From positions 1 through 52,578 of IMG/VR virus record IMGVR_UViG_3300044638_003693: a DNA stretch of 52,578 nucleotides; one strand, 5' to 3'. Shown one piece after another: positions 24,324-33,381 of this stretch. The translations under genes and the position numbers were made by a program. The stretch is from a virus (Duplodnaviria; Caudoviricetes). The stretch's first letter is position 1; the number at the start of each line of letters is the position of its first letter. The notes below the pieces were generated by a model. It was not told where the DNA came from, made no database searches, and worked only from the letters and a program-made list of their open reading frames with translations.

Positions 24324-24523
24324 TTCCTCTCTCCCTTGATAAAGGCAATCAGTGACTCCGAGTCAAACTGGTCCCTGGTTATCACAACTTCTGAGTCGAA
24401 CTCAATCTTTGAACGGTGGGCTTCAATCCAGGCGATGATGCGCTCACTAGCATCTTCAAAGCCAATGTTGTATGAGTGAAGGTCTCTAACGCCTTGAGCG
24501 TCTAGGTCTGCGATTCTTCCCAT
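24320..24523 (-). CDS. Small cassette protein ending AFIKGERK
   Basis: ATG 24523 coupled to the upstream TAA; SERIIAWIE. Confidence 0.75.
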   Translation of the reverse strand: MGRIADLDAQGVRDLHSYNIGFEDASERIIAWIEAHRSKIEFDSEVVITRDQFDSESLIAFIKGERK

Positions 24524-24957
24524 TACTTCTTCTCCAAAACTAGTGCCCAAGTTACTTTCTCAGGGAACATCTTCTCGATGTCAGCGTCAGTCAACTTTCC
24601 CTCGTAGTAAGCGCCCATTACAGCGTCTTGGTCAAGAACAGTGATGGTGGTGGTGCAGGTCTCAAACAGGCCTTTGTCCTTTAGTAGGTCATTGGCGGTG
24701 TCTTCGTCAAACTGCTTAGATACACGGCGCTGCTTTACAATAGCGCGGGTGTTGGTGCGCTCGTCTTCTACAGGAAGAACGATGCTGCCTTTTTCGTTTG
24801 GCTCACCGAGGTCTTCGATGTACGCAGTAAGGCGCTTCTTGATTGTTGTGACTCGCTCAGCGATAGCATCGCCCTCTTCTTTTAGAGTGACGTACTGCTG
24901 TACTTCGCGGCGGATGTTGTCCATGTTTTGGTCTGGAGCATCATTGATGATTGGCAT
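24523..24957 (-). CDS. Hypothetical protein with N-terminal coiled coil
   Basis: AAGGA SD, strong promoter upstream. Confidence 0.75.
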   Translation of the reverse strand: MPIINDAPDQNMDNIRREVQQYVTLKEEGDAIAERVTTIKKRLTAYIEDLGEPNEKGSIVLPVEDERTNTRAIVKQRRVSKQFDEDTANDLLKDKGLFETCTTTITVLDQDAVMGAYYEGKLTDADIEKMFPEKVTWALVLEKK

Positions 24958-25012
24958 GTATTTCCTTAGTAGACTAAACCCTCTTGAGGGTTGCTAACTC
25001 TTAGCAATACAT

Positions 25013-25051
25013 AAGGTAAGCCTATTCGGCTACGTTGTCAAGTCCCGACAC
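25013..25051 (-). promoter_or_regulatory. Sigma-A promoter with GTGTC box 5 nt upstream of -35
   Basis: On the - strand GTGTC-gggac-TTGACA, 17 nt spacer, TACCTT. Confidence 0.8.
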
Positions 25052-25186
25052 GCGGTATTTTTCAAGGGCTTCGATAACCACGCTAGTCACAGTTACGCCC
25101 TCTTCAGCGGCCTTAGCCTGGACGGCAGCCCACAGCTCGTCAGAGACACGGATAGTCCTGGTAGGGGTCTTAGGCGCATTTGGCAT
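25022..25186 (-). CDS. Ribbon-helix-helix (Arc/MetJ-like) DNA-binding protein, probably leaderless
   Basis: TRTIRVSDELWAAVQAKAAEEGVTVTSVVIEAL. TGCTATACT -10 ends 6 nt before the ATG and there is no SD. Confidence 0.8.
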   Translation of the reverse strand: MPNAPKTPTRTIRVSDELWAAVQAKAAEEGVTVTSVVIEALEKYRVSGLDNVAE

Positions 25187-25244
25187 ACCCCAAGTATAGC
25201 AAAACCCGAGACGCAACATCGGTGTATCTCGGGTTTCGCTAACT

Positions 25245-25273
25245 ATGGTAGCAGACTACTTATTGAGTGTCAA
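25245..25273 (-). promoter_or_regulatory. Sigma-A promoter upstream of the RHH gene
   Basis: On the - strand TTGACA, 17 nt spacer, TACCAT; followed by an AAACCCGAGA...TCTCGGGTTT hairpin. Confidence 0.6.
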
Positions 25274-25813
25274 CTACAGGGTTTCGATTAGTCGCACGAA
25301 TTTAACAGTGCTGTGCTTGAATGCGGCGGATGACAACGAGATAATTTGCGTGGAGGTGCCTTTGCGGAACCCCGCGTGAATCGCTTTTCCGTCGCCAATG
25401 TATATTCCGGCGTGGTAGTAAGACTTGGAGCCTTTATAGCCCCATACCACAATATCCCCGACCTTCGGGTCTTTTACACCCTTGGCCAGGTGTCCCTGCT
25501 TATTAGCTGAATGAGGGACTTCTATTCCTAGTTGTTGATAGGTCCAGTAGACAAGACCTGAGCAGTCCCATCCCCTGGGGGTAGAGCCCGAGAATACGTA
25601 CCAGGTCTTGCCGACACGTTTTTCTAGGCGGTTTACTACTTTTTGAATTCGGTGAGCCTTAGCCATAAGAGCGACTTTAGCCATGAATTCAGGCGCAGGT
25701 TCCACAACCTGCTTTACTGCGGCTACTGCATTAGCCTTTGGTGATGGCCCAAGACTTGCGGCACACCCTGTCATTACTAGTGCGGTAACACTAACTGCAA
25801 TGAGCTTTTTCAT
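25274..25813 (-). CDS. NlpC/P60 peptidoglycan endopeptidase, predicted lipoprotein
   Basis: Signal peptide with lipobox MTGC; Y.FSG...GWDCSG, HAGIYIG, IHA. Confidence 0.92.
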   Translation of the reverse strand: MKKLIAVSVTALVMTGCAASLGPSPKANAVAAVKQVVEPAPEFMAKVALMAKAHRIQKVVNRLEKRVGKTWYVFSGSTPRGWDCSGLVYWTYQQLGIEVPHSANKQGHLAKGVKDPKVGDIVVWGYKGSKSYYHAGIYIGDGKAIHAGFRKGTSTQIISLSSAAFKHSTVKFVRLIETL

Positions 25814-26019
25814 TTAGCGACCTACCTTTCCTTGGTAGTTAGTACTCGGTCGTTTATTGTCAAAGTGACATTGTTTCGATATTCAGTTGTAGGTCAAGCC
25901 TAGCACAGAATACCGCCCTTCGGCTAAAACTGCTCGCCATTGGGCTAGGGCGGGGGAGTTTACACCCTAAAAACCAAGCTTATAGGGCAAAATTGAAATA
26001 AGTCAAATTTGAGGAGCTA

Positions 26020-27426
26020 ATGAACCGCCTGCGCAAAATCGCAGCATCATTTGGCATACTAACCGTTGTTTTTGGACCGCTCCTACTCGCCGCACCAGCG
26101 TACGCAAGTACCCGTATACAGTTCACATACTACTGGACTGAGCAGAACTTCACGTTTACCGACGAAATAGTAACGGTAGTCGTTACTAACGACATTACTA
26201 ACAAAATCGGCGGAGACGGTGAGGTCATTGACTCCTACCGAATTACCTTAGGCGACCAGGTTATTGAAGTAACCGAGAAGCACGCAGCACGTACCTACAC
26301 GTTTGAGATTACTGGCACTCAAACCATAAAGCTAGAAGGCATTGACAACGGCTTTTGGAGCGGTAACTACGGACCAATCATGGAGATTAGTTCTACTGCT
26401 CTGGCCCCGGTTGAGCCTAACTGGTGGGCCCAGGAAAACTGGGAAGGCGAATCCGTCACGTTAACCGCACCTGCAGGGTGGGAGTTTGCATTTGTCCGTG
26501 GGTGGTACGGCGACCCAAACGACTGGAACTGTGGCGTTGATGTGTCTAACGTTATGGGCACGTACATGCTAGGCAAAACTACCGCAACCATTGCTTTAGA
26601 TAACGGAACGTTTGGCGACCCTTGTGGTGGCATAGTGAAGGTGACTCGATTTACCTGGGGCATTGTTCCTCTTCAATTTACTCCAGAACCTACTCCTACC
26701 CCTACACCGACTCCTGAACCTACTCCGGAGCCTACCCCTGAGCCTACTCCAGAACCAACCCCAGAGCCTGAACCTGAGCCAAGCCCAGAACCTACGGAGG
26801 AACCTACAGTTGAACCGACGCCAGAGCCTGAACCTGAGTCAACCCCTGAACCTGAACCTACACCTGAGCCGTCCGAGGAACCTACTGAAGAGCCAACAAC
26901 ACCTGAGCTTGAACCGACACCAGAACCAGAGCCGAGCAATCCCACCGAAGAATCCGTTGCCGTAATCGAAGACCTGACTGCTATTAAGCCGGAAAACCTG
27001 ACTGATGCTGAAGTAGAAGAACTTGTAGCAGCGGCTGAGGAAGTCCTAGAGAACACTGAGCAGGGCTCACCAGAGTACCAGCAGGCTCTTGAAGCCCTAG
27101 CAGTAGCCGCTGTTGCTGACGACCCACAGGTGTCTGAGGAATTAGCCGCAGTTCCTGTGGTAGGAGCAGTTGCTACCGCAGTACTTGAGTCATTCAACGC
27201 CCTTGGAAACGTCGGTGCTGACATGGCACCTATCGTTCGTGAAGAAGCCGAAAAGACGATTCTTGCGTCCGTTATTGCAACAGGTGCAGCAGTTCAAGCA
27301 ACCGTAGGAGCAGCGACAGCAGCGGCCTCTATGGCAGCCTCAGCGCCCGTAGGAGGCTCTACAGGCGGCTCGTCTGGTGGCGGAGCAGTTTCAGCAGAAT
27401 CAACTATCAGAAGGAAAGAACAATGA
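26020..27426 (+). CDS. Secreted/surface protein with SUEL (Gal/rhamnose-binding) lectin-like domain and Pro-Glu-Thr stalk
   Basis: Signal peptide ending AYA; WYGDP...C...GK...N.TFGDPC.G.VK; (PEPT)n repeats; acidic helical region; hydrophobic Ala-rich C-terminus. Confidence 0.75.
   Translation: MNRLRKIAASFGILTVVFGPLLLAAPAYASTRIQFTYYWTEQNFTFTDEIVTVVVTNDITNKIGGDGEVIDSYRITLGDQVIEVTEKHAARTYTFEITGTQTIKLEGIDNGFWSGNYGPIMEISSTALAPVEPNWWAQENWEGESVTLTAPAGWEFAFVRGWYGDPNDWNCGVDVSNVMGTYMLGKTTATIALDNGTFGDPCGGIVKVTRFTWGIVPLQFTPEPTPTPTPTPEPTPEPTPEPTPEPTPEPEPEPSPEPTEEPTVEPTPEPEPESTPEPEPTPEPSEEPTEEPTTPELEPTPEPEPSNPTEESVAVIEDLTAIKPENLTDAEVEELVAAAEEVLENTEQGSPEYQQALEALAVAAVADDPQVSEELAAVPVVGAVATAVLESFNALGNVGADMAPIVREEAEKTILASVIATGAAVQATVGAATAAASMAASAPVGGSTGGSSGGGAVSAESTIRRKEQ
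26680..26940 (+). repeat. Coding PT/PEPT tandem repeats
   Basis: [18 protein letters not shown]... in the 468-aa protein. Confidence 0.9.
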
Positions 27427-27590
27427 AGAAATTCATAACTGACATGCTAGGACAGGTTTGGACCCTGCTAGGTATGTTCGTGGCATGGGTAGTACTTGAG
27501 GGGTCTGCAAAGACCATCGTTGGGTACTGCATTATTGGCACCCTAGCCCTGTGGTCGGTAACTTACCGCCTACGTAACCCAAAAGAATAA
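27423..27590 (+). CDS. 55-aa two-TM membrane protein, holin-like (not in track)
   Basis: [55 protein letters not shown]; ATGA overlap, AAGGA SD. Confidence 0.75.
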   Translation: MKKFITDMLGQVWTLLGMFVAWVVLEGSAKTIVGYCIIGTLALWSVTYRLRNPKE

Positions 27591-27608
27591 CAACCCGAAA
27601 GGAACAAC

Positions 27609-28124
27609 ATGGCATTTACACCATGGAAACTACCATTCCCTGAAAAGAAGGTAACCGAGCACTACGGTGAAATGAGTGCATACCGCAAGGCAAACAAAAT
27701 GCAGCCACACTCTGGTACTGACTGGGCTATGCCTGGTGGGACCAAAATTCCAGCCGTGGGTAATGGACGAATCAAGTTCGTTGGCGAGTCTAAGATTCTA
27801 GGCAACGTCATCGTACAGTCAATTGCCGACAAAGAGGGCAATATCTGGTACATCGGATACTGCCACCTACAGAAGGTTCCTACCCTAAAGGTCGGAGACC
27901 CAATCAAGGTTGGAGAAACTATCGGTCTAGTAGGAACAACTGGTAGTGCATCTAGTGGAAACCACCTACACGCCACCGCAAGCCGCAAGGTTAAGGGCGT
28001 ATTTGGTGCAACCTCAGACAAGGTTGACCTTGTCAAACTAACTAAGAAAAACTCAACTGCAGCAGCAACTCCCGCTGCTGCAGTAACTCCGGCAGCTACT
28101 GCTGCAGAAAGACCGACAGAATGA
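27609..28124 (+). CDS. M23-family peptidase, probable endolysin
   Basis: HSGTD, YCHL, GTTG.ASSGNHLH; flanked by membrane proteins. Confidence 0.88.
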   Translation: MAFTPWKLPFPEKKVTEHYGEMSAYRKANKMQPHSGTDWAMPGGTKIPAVGNGRIKFVGESKILGNVIVQSIADKEGNIWYIGYCHLQKVPTLKVGDPIKVGETIGLVGTTGSASSGNHLHATASRKVKGVFGATSDKVDLVKLTKKNSTAAATPAAAVTPAATAAERPTE

Positions 28125-28513
28125 AAGAACTTATTAAAACCATAATTGCCCGTGCGATTGGCTTGCTTTTTGCAACCTTCTTTGCAGGTACAGGTGTGGG
28201 TGCAATTGCTACCAACGGTGACTGGGTACTAGGTTCACTTATCGGTGTAGGCTCGGCATTTGCTGTTGTGCTAACCACCATTGGTGTAACCCTAGCCTGG
28301 TCAGGAACCCTGAACCCTCAGGATATTGCTAACGCTTTCCGTGCTGCTGTGGCTAAAGCCGCTGATGGCAACGAGAACCTAGAGGCAGCCCTAAAGGTCA
28401 AGCAGGACGACAACTTCGATTTCGATGACATCAACTGGGATTCAGATGATGACCTAAACGAAGATGACGATGATGATGACGCTACCGTCGCTCCTGGAGA
28501 AGACGCTAAGTAA
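28121..28513 (+). CDS. Two-TM membrane protein with acidic tail, holin candidate
   Basis: Two hydrophobic helices, Asp-rich C-terminus, ATGA-coupled to the M23 gene. Confidence 0.7.
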   Translation: MKELIKTIIARAIGLLFATFFAGTGVGAIATNGDWVLGSLIGVGSAFAVVLTTIGVTLAWSGTLNPQDIANAFRAAVAKAADGNENLEAALKVKQDDNFDFDDINWDSDDDLNEDDDDDDATVAPGEDAK

Positions 28514-28519
28514 CTAAAT

Positions 28520-28567
28520 ATAAAACCGCCCCTGCAGGCTATCTGCAGGGGCGGTTTTATTTTATTT
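28520..28567. terminator. Bidirectional rho-independent terminator
   Basis: ATAAAACCGCCCCTGCAG-gctat-CTGCAGGGGCGGTTTTAT between convergent genes. Confidence 0.92.
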
Positions 28568-28690
28568 GCTAACTAGACGGCGCTTGATTGCATCAAAAAT
28601 CTTTGGGCGCTTCTTAAACGCCTTCTTGTTGTTGCGGTCATCATTGCCACCCTTTTTAGGGGCAGGACCGCCACCTTTACCTTTTGCCAT
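28562..28690 (-). CDS. 42-aa highly basic microprotein (not in track)
   Basis: MAKGKGGGPAPKKGGNDDRNNKKAFKKRPKIFDAIKRRLVSK; AGGAG SD. Confidence 0.7.
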   Translation of the reverse strand: MAKGKGGGPAPKKGGNDDRNNKKAFKKRPKIFDAIKRRLVSK

Positions 28691-28925
28691 CTTGTCTCCT
28701 ATAGCCTGAATTGGATGCTCGCCATTGGGTAGGCGAGTGGTTTTCTTCGACCTTTAGTCTAACACCATCGTCTTCGTAAAATCTAATAACGTGGATGCAC
28801 GGGTCATCCCCATCAAGGTCTTCTTCTTCTTGCTGCGTCATAGGGGTGCCATCGTGGGTTGCACAGACCACCGGACCACACCAGCCCTTGTTCATGCCGT
28901 ATTCTAGCCACTCATCAAATGTCAT
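28677..28925 (-). CDS. Hypothetical protein (C..H.G...DPC)
   Basis: GGAG SD, 82 aa. Confidence 0.75.
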   Translation of the reverse strand: MTFDEWLEYGMNKGWCGPVVCATHDGTPMTQQEEEDLDGDDPCIHVIRFYEDDGVRLKVEENHSPTQWRASNSGYRRQDGKR

Positions 28926-28933
28926 TTTCTCTC

Positions 28934-30517
28934 CTAAACTGAGGTATCTAAAAGGAAACCACGAAGCGTTCCTATTGTCAAGTCCACCCCGCCCTTATCG
29001 TTAATGCCCTCGCCGTCAATCACGGCGGCGGCTACGGCGTTCTTTTGCTGTAAGGCGTCAAACTGACGAACCTCGATTGAGCCGTTGATAAGGAAATCCT
29101 GAATTACGATAGTGGCCCAAGCAGAGCTAGCACGCCTAATACGGCCATTGCGCTGAGTAGCCAAGCCACTAGACCAAGGCAAATCATAGTTGATGAGCAT
29201 GTTTGCCGCCGGTAAGTCGACACCGTATCCACCAGCATCGCTACTAACAATAACTCGAATACTAGGGTCGTTATTAAGAGCATTCTTGTGCTTTTCCTTA
29301 GTCTTGGCGTCTAGCTGACCTGTGTAGGTCACGGTGATGTCTCTACCAATTCTGTCAGCAATTAGGTCTACCATGTCTACATATGAACAGAACACTACGA
29401 GCTTGTTCTTCTCGTCCTGCTCTAAGAAGTCACGTACATAATGTACAAAATTATCTAACTTAGTATTTGGCAGCCCGTCCAGTAGTTCTTCTTGGTCTAG
29501 CTGGTGAGCATACGCAGAGCCCTCGCCGTTTCCAGCAAGGAACTTCTTGGCGCTTATTCTCAATAGCTCTGGTGAGCAGGCGAGCATCTTTAGCGCCCCT
29601 ACCTTAGACATCACCTGGCCCTGTAGCTCGTCCGCTGGTCCTCCCCATGACTTCTCATAGCCATAGTGAGCCATAATATTAAAAGACCCGCCAAATAATG
29701 TTTGAGCGTTATCTAGGTCAATAAGCAGGTCGTCCACAATCTTCTTGTAAAGCTTTGATGTTTTACGGTCTAAGTGAACTAAGATTGGGTCTTTGTGAAT
29801 AGTAGCCGGAAGGAATGGCGCTACGTCTGGGTCTTTTTGAGCCTTACGTACTGAGGCCTCTTTCATCTTCTCGTGCAAGATGGGCAAGTTACGATAACGG
29901 TCTACACCGCCCCAGTTATTGCGGACAATGAACGTCATGTCAAACTTGTCAAACCGACCAAGCACACTGTCGTCAACAAACTGCATGATGCTGTAAAGCT
30001 CTTCCGGCTTACCGTTCTCGACTGGGGTGCCAGTCAACGCAAATCGGTACTCGCAGGTAGCCAGCTTCTTAGTAGCCTTAGCACGCTTAGACTTGAAAGA
30101 CTTGATGGCGGTGGCCTCGTCTAGGACGATAAAACCCCGTGGCAACTTGCTGACATACTGCCAGTCATTTACTACCTGTTCGTAGTTCATGATGATGTAG
30201 TCAATGCCTGTAGTGCGCCACTTCATAGCTCTGTCATACTGCTTCTTGCGCTGCTCTGGGTTGCCGTCTATAACTACTGCCTTGGAGCTGTCAGTGAACT
30301 TTTTAATAGACGCTTCCCACTGATATTTTAGGCTAGAAAGGCAGATAATAAGCCCTGGCTCTGTGACCTTGCGCTCGTCCATCAAGCGCTCTACAGCAGC
30401 GATAGTCAAAACAGTTTTGCCAAGCCCCAAGTCATACGCCACGAGCATCTTGCCGCGCTCGCACATCTTGTCTACAGCCTCAGGCTGATATGGAAGCAGG
30501 GTACCTACAAAACTCAT
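28934..30517 (-). CDS. SNF2-family helicase/translocase
   Basis: DLGLGKT, LDEAT, LTGTP.EN, GYGVDL, QRNGRIRR. Confidence 0.92.
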   Translation of the reverse strand: MSFVGTLLPYQPEAVDKMCERGKMLVAYDLGLGKTVLTIAAVERLMDERKVTEPGLIICLSSLKYQWEASIKKFTDSSKAVVIDGNPEQRKKQYDRAMKWRTTGIDYIIMNYEQVVNDWQYVSKLPRGFIVLDEATAIKSFKSKRAKATKKLATCEYRFALTGTPVENGKPEELYSIMQFVDDSVLGRFDKFDMTFIVRNNWGGVDRYRNLPILHEKMKEASVRKAQKDPDVAPFLPATIHKDPILVHLDRKTSKLYKKIVDDLLIDLDNAQTLFGGSFNIMAHYGYEKSWGGPADELQGQVMSKVGALKMLACSPELLRISAKKFLAGNGEGSAYAHQLDQEELLDGLPNTKLDNFVHYVRDFLEQDEKNKLVVFCSYVDMVDLIADRIGRDITVTYTGQLDAKTKEKHKNALNNDPSIRVIVSSDAGGYGVDLPAANMLINYDLPWSSGLATQRNGRIRRASSAWATIVIQDFLINGSIEVRQFDALQQKNAVAAAVIDGEGINDKGGVDLTIGTLRGFLLDTSV

Positions 30518-31467
30518 GCTAGGGCTCCTAGTCCGTGTACGTTATGCTTGGCTTTTTCTAGTCCAGTAATAATCTCTGACCTACTCATGCCACCTACATC
30601 TTTCATCTCAGTGTGCGCGTAGTTAAAGAACCTCGCCTCAAACCCTAACTCAATACTCTTCTCAAGCATGGCCTTTGATGAGGCTAGCCCAGACTCGTCG
30701 TTGTCTAGGGCAAATACAATCTCGTCTGCGTCCCTAATCATGTTGAGCTGGGTGTTTGAAATCATAGAGCCGTATGTAGACACTGCGCCAGGTATTCCTA
30801 CCGACTCAAGTCTAACTACGTCTAGTGGAGACTCGACAACAATCATCTGGCCGCCCTTATACCTGTTAAGGCCAAACAGCGTGGTGGACTTCTGAACCCC
30901 AGGCGGATAGTTCTTAAAGTAGCGACGCTTGTAACCCTTCTCCTGCCAACCCAGCAACTTGTTTGTCACAGGCTCGCGGATAACAGTAATCCAGTTAGAG
31001 AAGTTGGGGTCCCACAATAGTTGGTGCTTTTCTGCAGCGGGTAATGTAAACCCACGCGCTTTCAGGGCCGAGTCTGGTGGATAGGTGAACAGCGCTAGGC
31101 GTGACTCGCCCATGCTGGTAACTTCTTTGAATACAGGCTCGTCGTCCTGGTCATCCTCTTCTTTACCCAATGACAGATTGTCAAACGACAAGTAAAGCCA
31201 GTCTTTGGCATCGGCGTAATCTAAAAACCCATTAGCGTCCTTGAGGCCCTGCACAGTTGCAATCAGAGACCAGATGTTTCCCTTGAATCCGCAGGAGAAG
31301 CAGATGTGCGCACCAGTCTCAGAGTTAATCCACCAAGACGGGTTGTGGTCTTCCTTGCCGGTAATCTCTTTGTGGCCAGGACATAGAGCAAGAATCTCTG
31401 AGCCTCGAGTCTGAACAGGCTCAATGTTTAGACGCCCTAGGACGTTCTCCATCTCTTCTAGTCTCAT
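30514..31467 (-). CDS. dnaG: DnaG-type DNA primase
   Basis: CPGH...CFSC zinc finger; TOPRIM VVES.LD, LDNDESG, KDVG. Confidence 0.9.
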   Translation of the reverse strand: MRLEEMENVLGRLNIEPVQTRGSEILALCPGHKEITGKEDHNPSWWINSETGAHICFSCGFKGNIWSLIATVQGLKDANGFLDYADAKDWLYLSFDNLSLGKEEDDQDDEPVFKEVTSMGESRLALFTYPPDSALKARGFTLPAAEKHQLLWDPNFSNWITVIREPVTNKLLGWQEKGYKRRYFKNYPPGVQKSTTLFGLNRYKGGQMIVVESPLDVVRLESVGIPGAVSTYGSMISNTQLNMIRDADEIVFALDNDESGLASSKAMLEKSIELGFEARFFNYAHTEMKDVGGMSRSEIITGLEKAKHNVHGLGALA

Positions 31468-32690
31468 ACGTCGTCACTGCTCATCTCACGGAACATACCA
31501 GACGCCCAGTCCCACATCAAGGACGCTTCAACGTTACCGCTGTTACGAGCGGCCATGACCTTTAGGATACGGGTGTCGTCTACGTTCTCGTCTTCGCGCT
31601 CAAGACCAAACACAACGTCTGCGTCCTGTAGGAACGAGGATGAGTAACCGATTGAGTCTGTAGATACCTTGCCCTTTTTGGTCTTCCAGTTAAGCGCCTG
31701 TGTAGTAATTACCACTGGCTTGTTCATGCGCTGCGCAAGTCGCTTCAGCGAGCGCGTAATTCCCGTCAGAGCCTGTGGGGTGTTTGACTCGCCAGTCTGC
31801 TCGTCCATCATCAAGTAGACACCGTCAATGAAGATAACGTCAGGCTGTAGCGTCTGAACCTTGCTCTGAATAGCAGAGACAGTAATGCCGTGCGCCGAGT
31901 CAACCAGCCAGAAGTTAGCCTCGTCCTCGGACATCTTGTCTAGCGACTCCTTGTAGCGCTTTTCTTCTTCGGCGTTTAGCGAGCCGGTGATTAGTCGGTT
32001 GTGAGAAATCTGGGCACGCATCGAGTCGTAGCGGTCCTGCTGCTCACGGTTTGTCATCTCGAAAGACTGGAACATCGGAGATAGTCCCTGCTTGTGGATG
32101 TTGTTTGCAATCTGTAGCGCAAGCGTTGACTTACCAGTCTTAGGCGTGGCTACAACGACAATCAACTGGCCCTTTTGCAAACCGTTGGTGACGGCATCGA
32201 TAGTCGGGAATCCGGTCGCAACACCTAGTAAGCCAGGGTTGTTCTTCCGAAAGATGTAGTCGTCCCAACGTGACTCTGTGGTCTGCACAAGGTTGACGTC
32301 AGAGGTCTTGTTTAGCCCCTCTTCTTCAAGTCGAACTATGCCGCCCTGAATTACCATCAGCGCAGACTCGTGGTCCTTGTTGTTCTGAATCTCTTCTACC
32401 GCTGTGCGTATCGTTGCGGTAATCGAGTTCTTACGGCGCTTGTCAATTAGGTCGTCTAGCAGGTAGTCAACCGAGTCGGTTAGCTCGTGAATCTGATAGG
32501 TGGGGAAGTTAGCCTTTACAACTTCTACGCTTGGGCACTCCGCATACTTGGCGAAGTGTGAGCGTAGGAATGTCCAGACGCGCTTGTCCTCTTCGTCGGG
32601 GAACCATGCGTCAGACACGTTGCGCTCAAAAAGCGGCGATAGGTCTCTAACGTGGATGATAGAGCCGAGTAGTTTTGCTTCTGTACTCAT
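31464..32690 (-). CDS. dnaB: DnaB-like replicative helicase
   Basis: TGFPTID...G, ATPKTGKS, SFEM, IFIDG, QDADVV, ARN. Confidence 0.93.
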   Translation of the reverse strand: MSTEAKLLGSIIHVRDLSPLFERNVSDAWFPDEEDKRVWTFLRSHFAKYAECPSVEVVKANFPTYQIHELTDSVDYLLDDLIDKRRKNSITATIRTAVEEIQNNKDHESALMVIQGGIVRLEEEGLNKTSDVNLVQTTESRWDDYIFRKNNPGLLGVATGFPTIDAVTNGLQKGQLIVVVATPKTGKSTLALQIANNIHKQGLSPMFQSFEMTNREQQDRYDSMRAQISHNRLITGSLNAEEEKRYKESLDKMSEDEANFWLVDSAHGITVSAIQSKVQTLQPDVIFIDGVYLMMDEQTGESNTPQALTGITRSLKRLAQRMNKPVVITTQALNWKTKKGKVSTDSIGYSSSFLQDADVVFGLEREDENVDDTRILKVMAARNSGNVEASLMWDWASGMFREMSSDDV

Positions 32691-33094
32691 AACGAAGGAA
32701 AGTCCAATCCCCATCGGCCGTACCTTAGCAGGCGCGATGGAATGTCGATTACACCAATAACCTCTGGTCTGAAAGGTAGTTCTTCAACTAACTTGCTGAC
32801 CGATTTATAGGCAGACCCGTAACGAAACGGGTTCGTACCAATCTTGTCCAAGTGGAGCATAAACTCTACCACCTCTTTTTCAGAGCGGGAGAAGTCTATG
32901 AGTTCCATGGTGATGCCGCGTTTTACGGTAACCATGTAAAGGTGACTAAGAACTAATCGGTTGTACTCTAGCCTCTTTGACTTGACTGGCACAAACCCTA
33001 GCACTTTTTTCTTGTCTTCGTATTCGTCGGTAATAACGTCAGACGTTACTAGTATCCTTTTAGGCATAGCGTTGCTGATGTCACCGCCTAGCAC
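32687..33094 (-). CDS. Hypothetical protein (possible degenerate HAD/Rossmann-like fold)
   Basis: Coupled within the replication operon. Confidence 0.7.
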   Translation of the reverse strand: MLGGDISNAMPKRILVTSDVITDEYEDKKKVLGFVPVKSKRLEYNRLVLSHLYMVTVKRGITMELIDFSRSEKEVVEFMLHLDKIGTNPFRYGSAYKSVSKLVEELPFRPEVIGVIDIPSRLLRYGRWGLDFPSL

Positions 33095-33381
33095 TAGATA
33101 ACCTCTACCTTTGTGCTCTGAATAATGAAGTCTCTAAAAGTGACCTCGCTATCCATAGCAAACTTTATGTCGTGCTCTGAAACCTCAGTAAGCCAGTTAA
33201 ACGGATAAATCCCGTTATTAGCCATGATTCTGTCGTAGACCAACTTCGCGTGCTTGCACTTAGACCTTGAAGCAAACCCCGGGCAACTGCACACTAAGGT
33301 CTTGTCCTCCTGGGCGTTGACCTCAAATATTGCGGCAGTTGGTGAACTGCTCAGAAAAATCTGAATTAGCCTGTATCCCAT
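33094..33381 (-). CDS. SWIM zinc-finger protein
   Basis: CSCPGF...CKH. Confidence 0.8.
   Translation of the reverse strand: MGYRLIQIFLSSSPTAAIFEVNAQEDKTLVCSCPGFASRSKCKHAKLVYDRIMANNGIYPFNWLTEVSEHDIKFAMDSEVTFRDFIIQSTKVEVI

Larger units (their letters stand above)
23902..24346. repeat. Three 27-bp gene-junction repeats
   Basis: tcacttgttctctcccttgatgagagc (23902), tcatttgttctctcccttgataaaagc (24147), tcacttcctctctcccttgataaaggc (24320). Confidence 0.9.

Noticed and set aside
23902-24346. 27-bp repeats as CRISPR repeats or integron attC sites
   Set aside because: Spacing is 173-245 bp, the repeats are coding and non-palindromic, and no integrase is present.
25814-25980. c-di-AMP (ydaO) riboswitch upstream of NlpC/P60
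   Set aside because: The leader is only about 77 nt and lacks the recognisable conserved ydaO segments.
26673-27224. Antisense Gly/Ser-rich 183-aa ORF (and other opposite-strand shadow ORFs in the track)
   Set aside because: Mirror of the PEPT repeat; shadow ORFs overlap well-supported genes and lack SDs or motifs.
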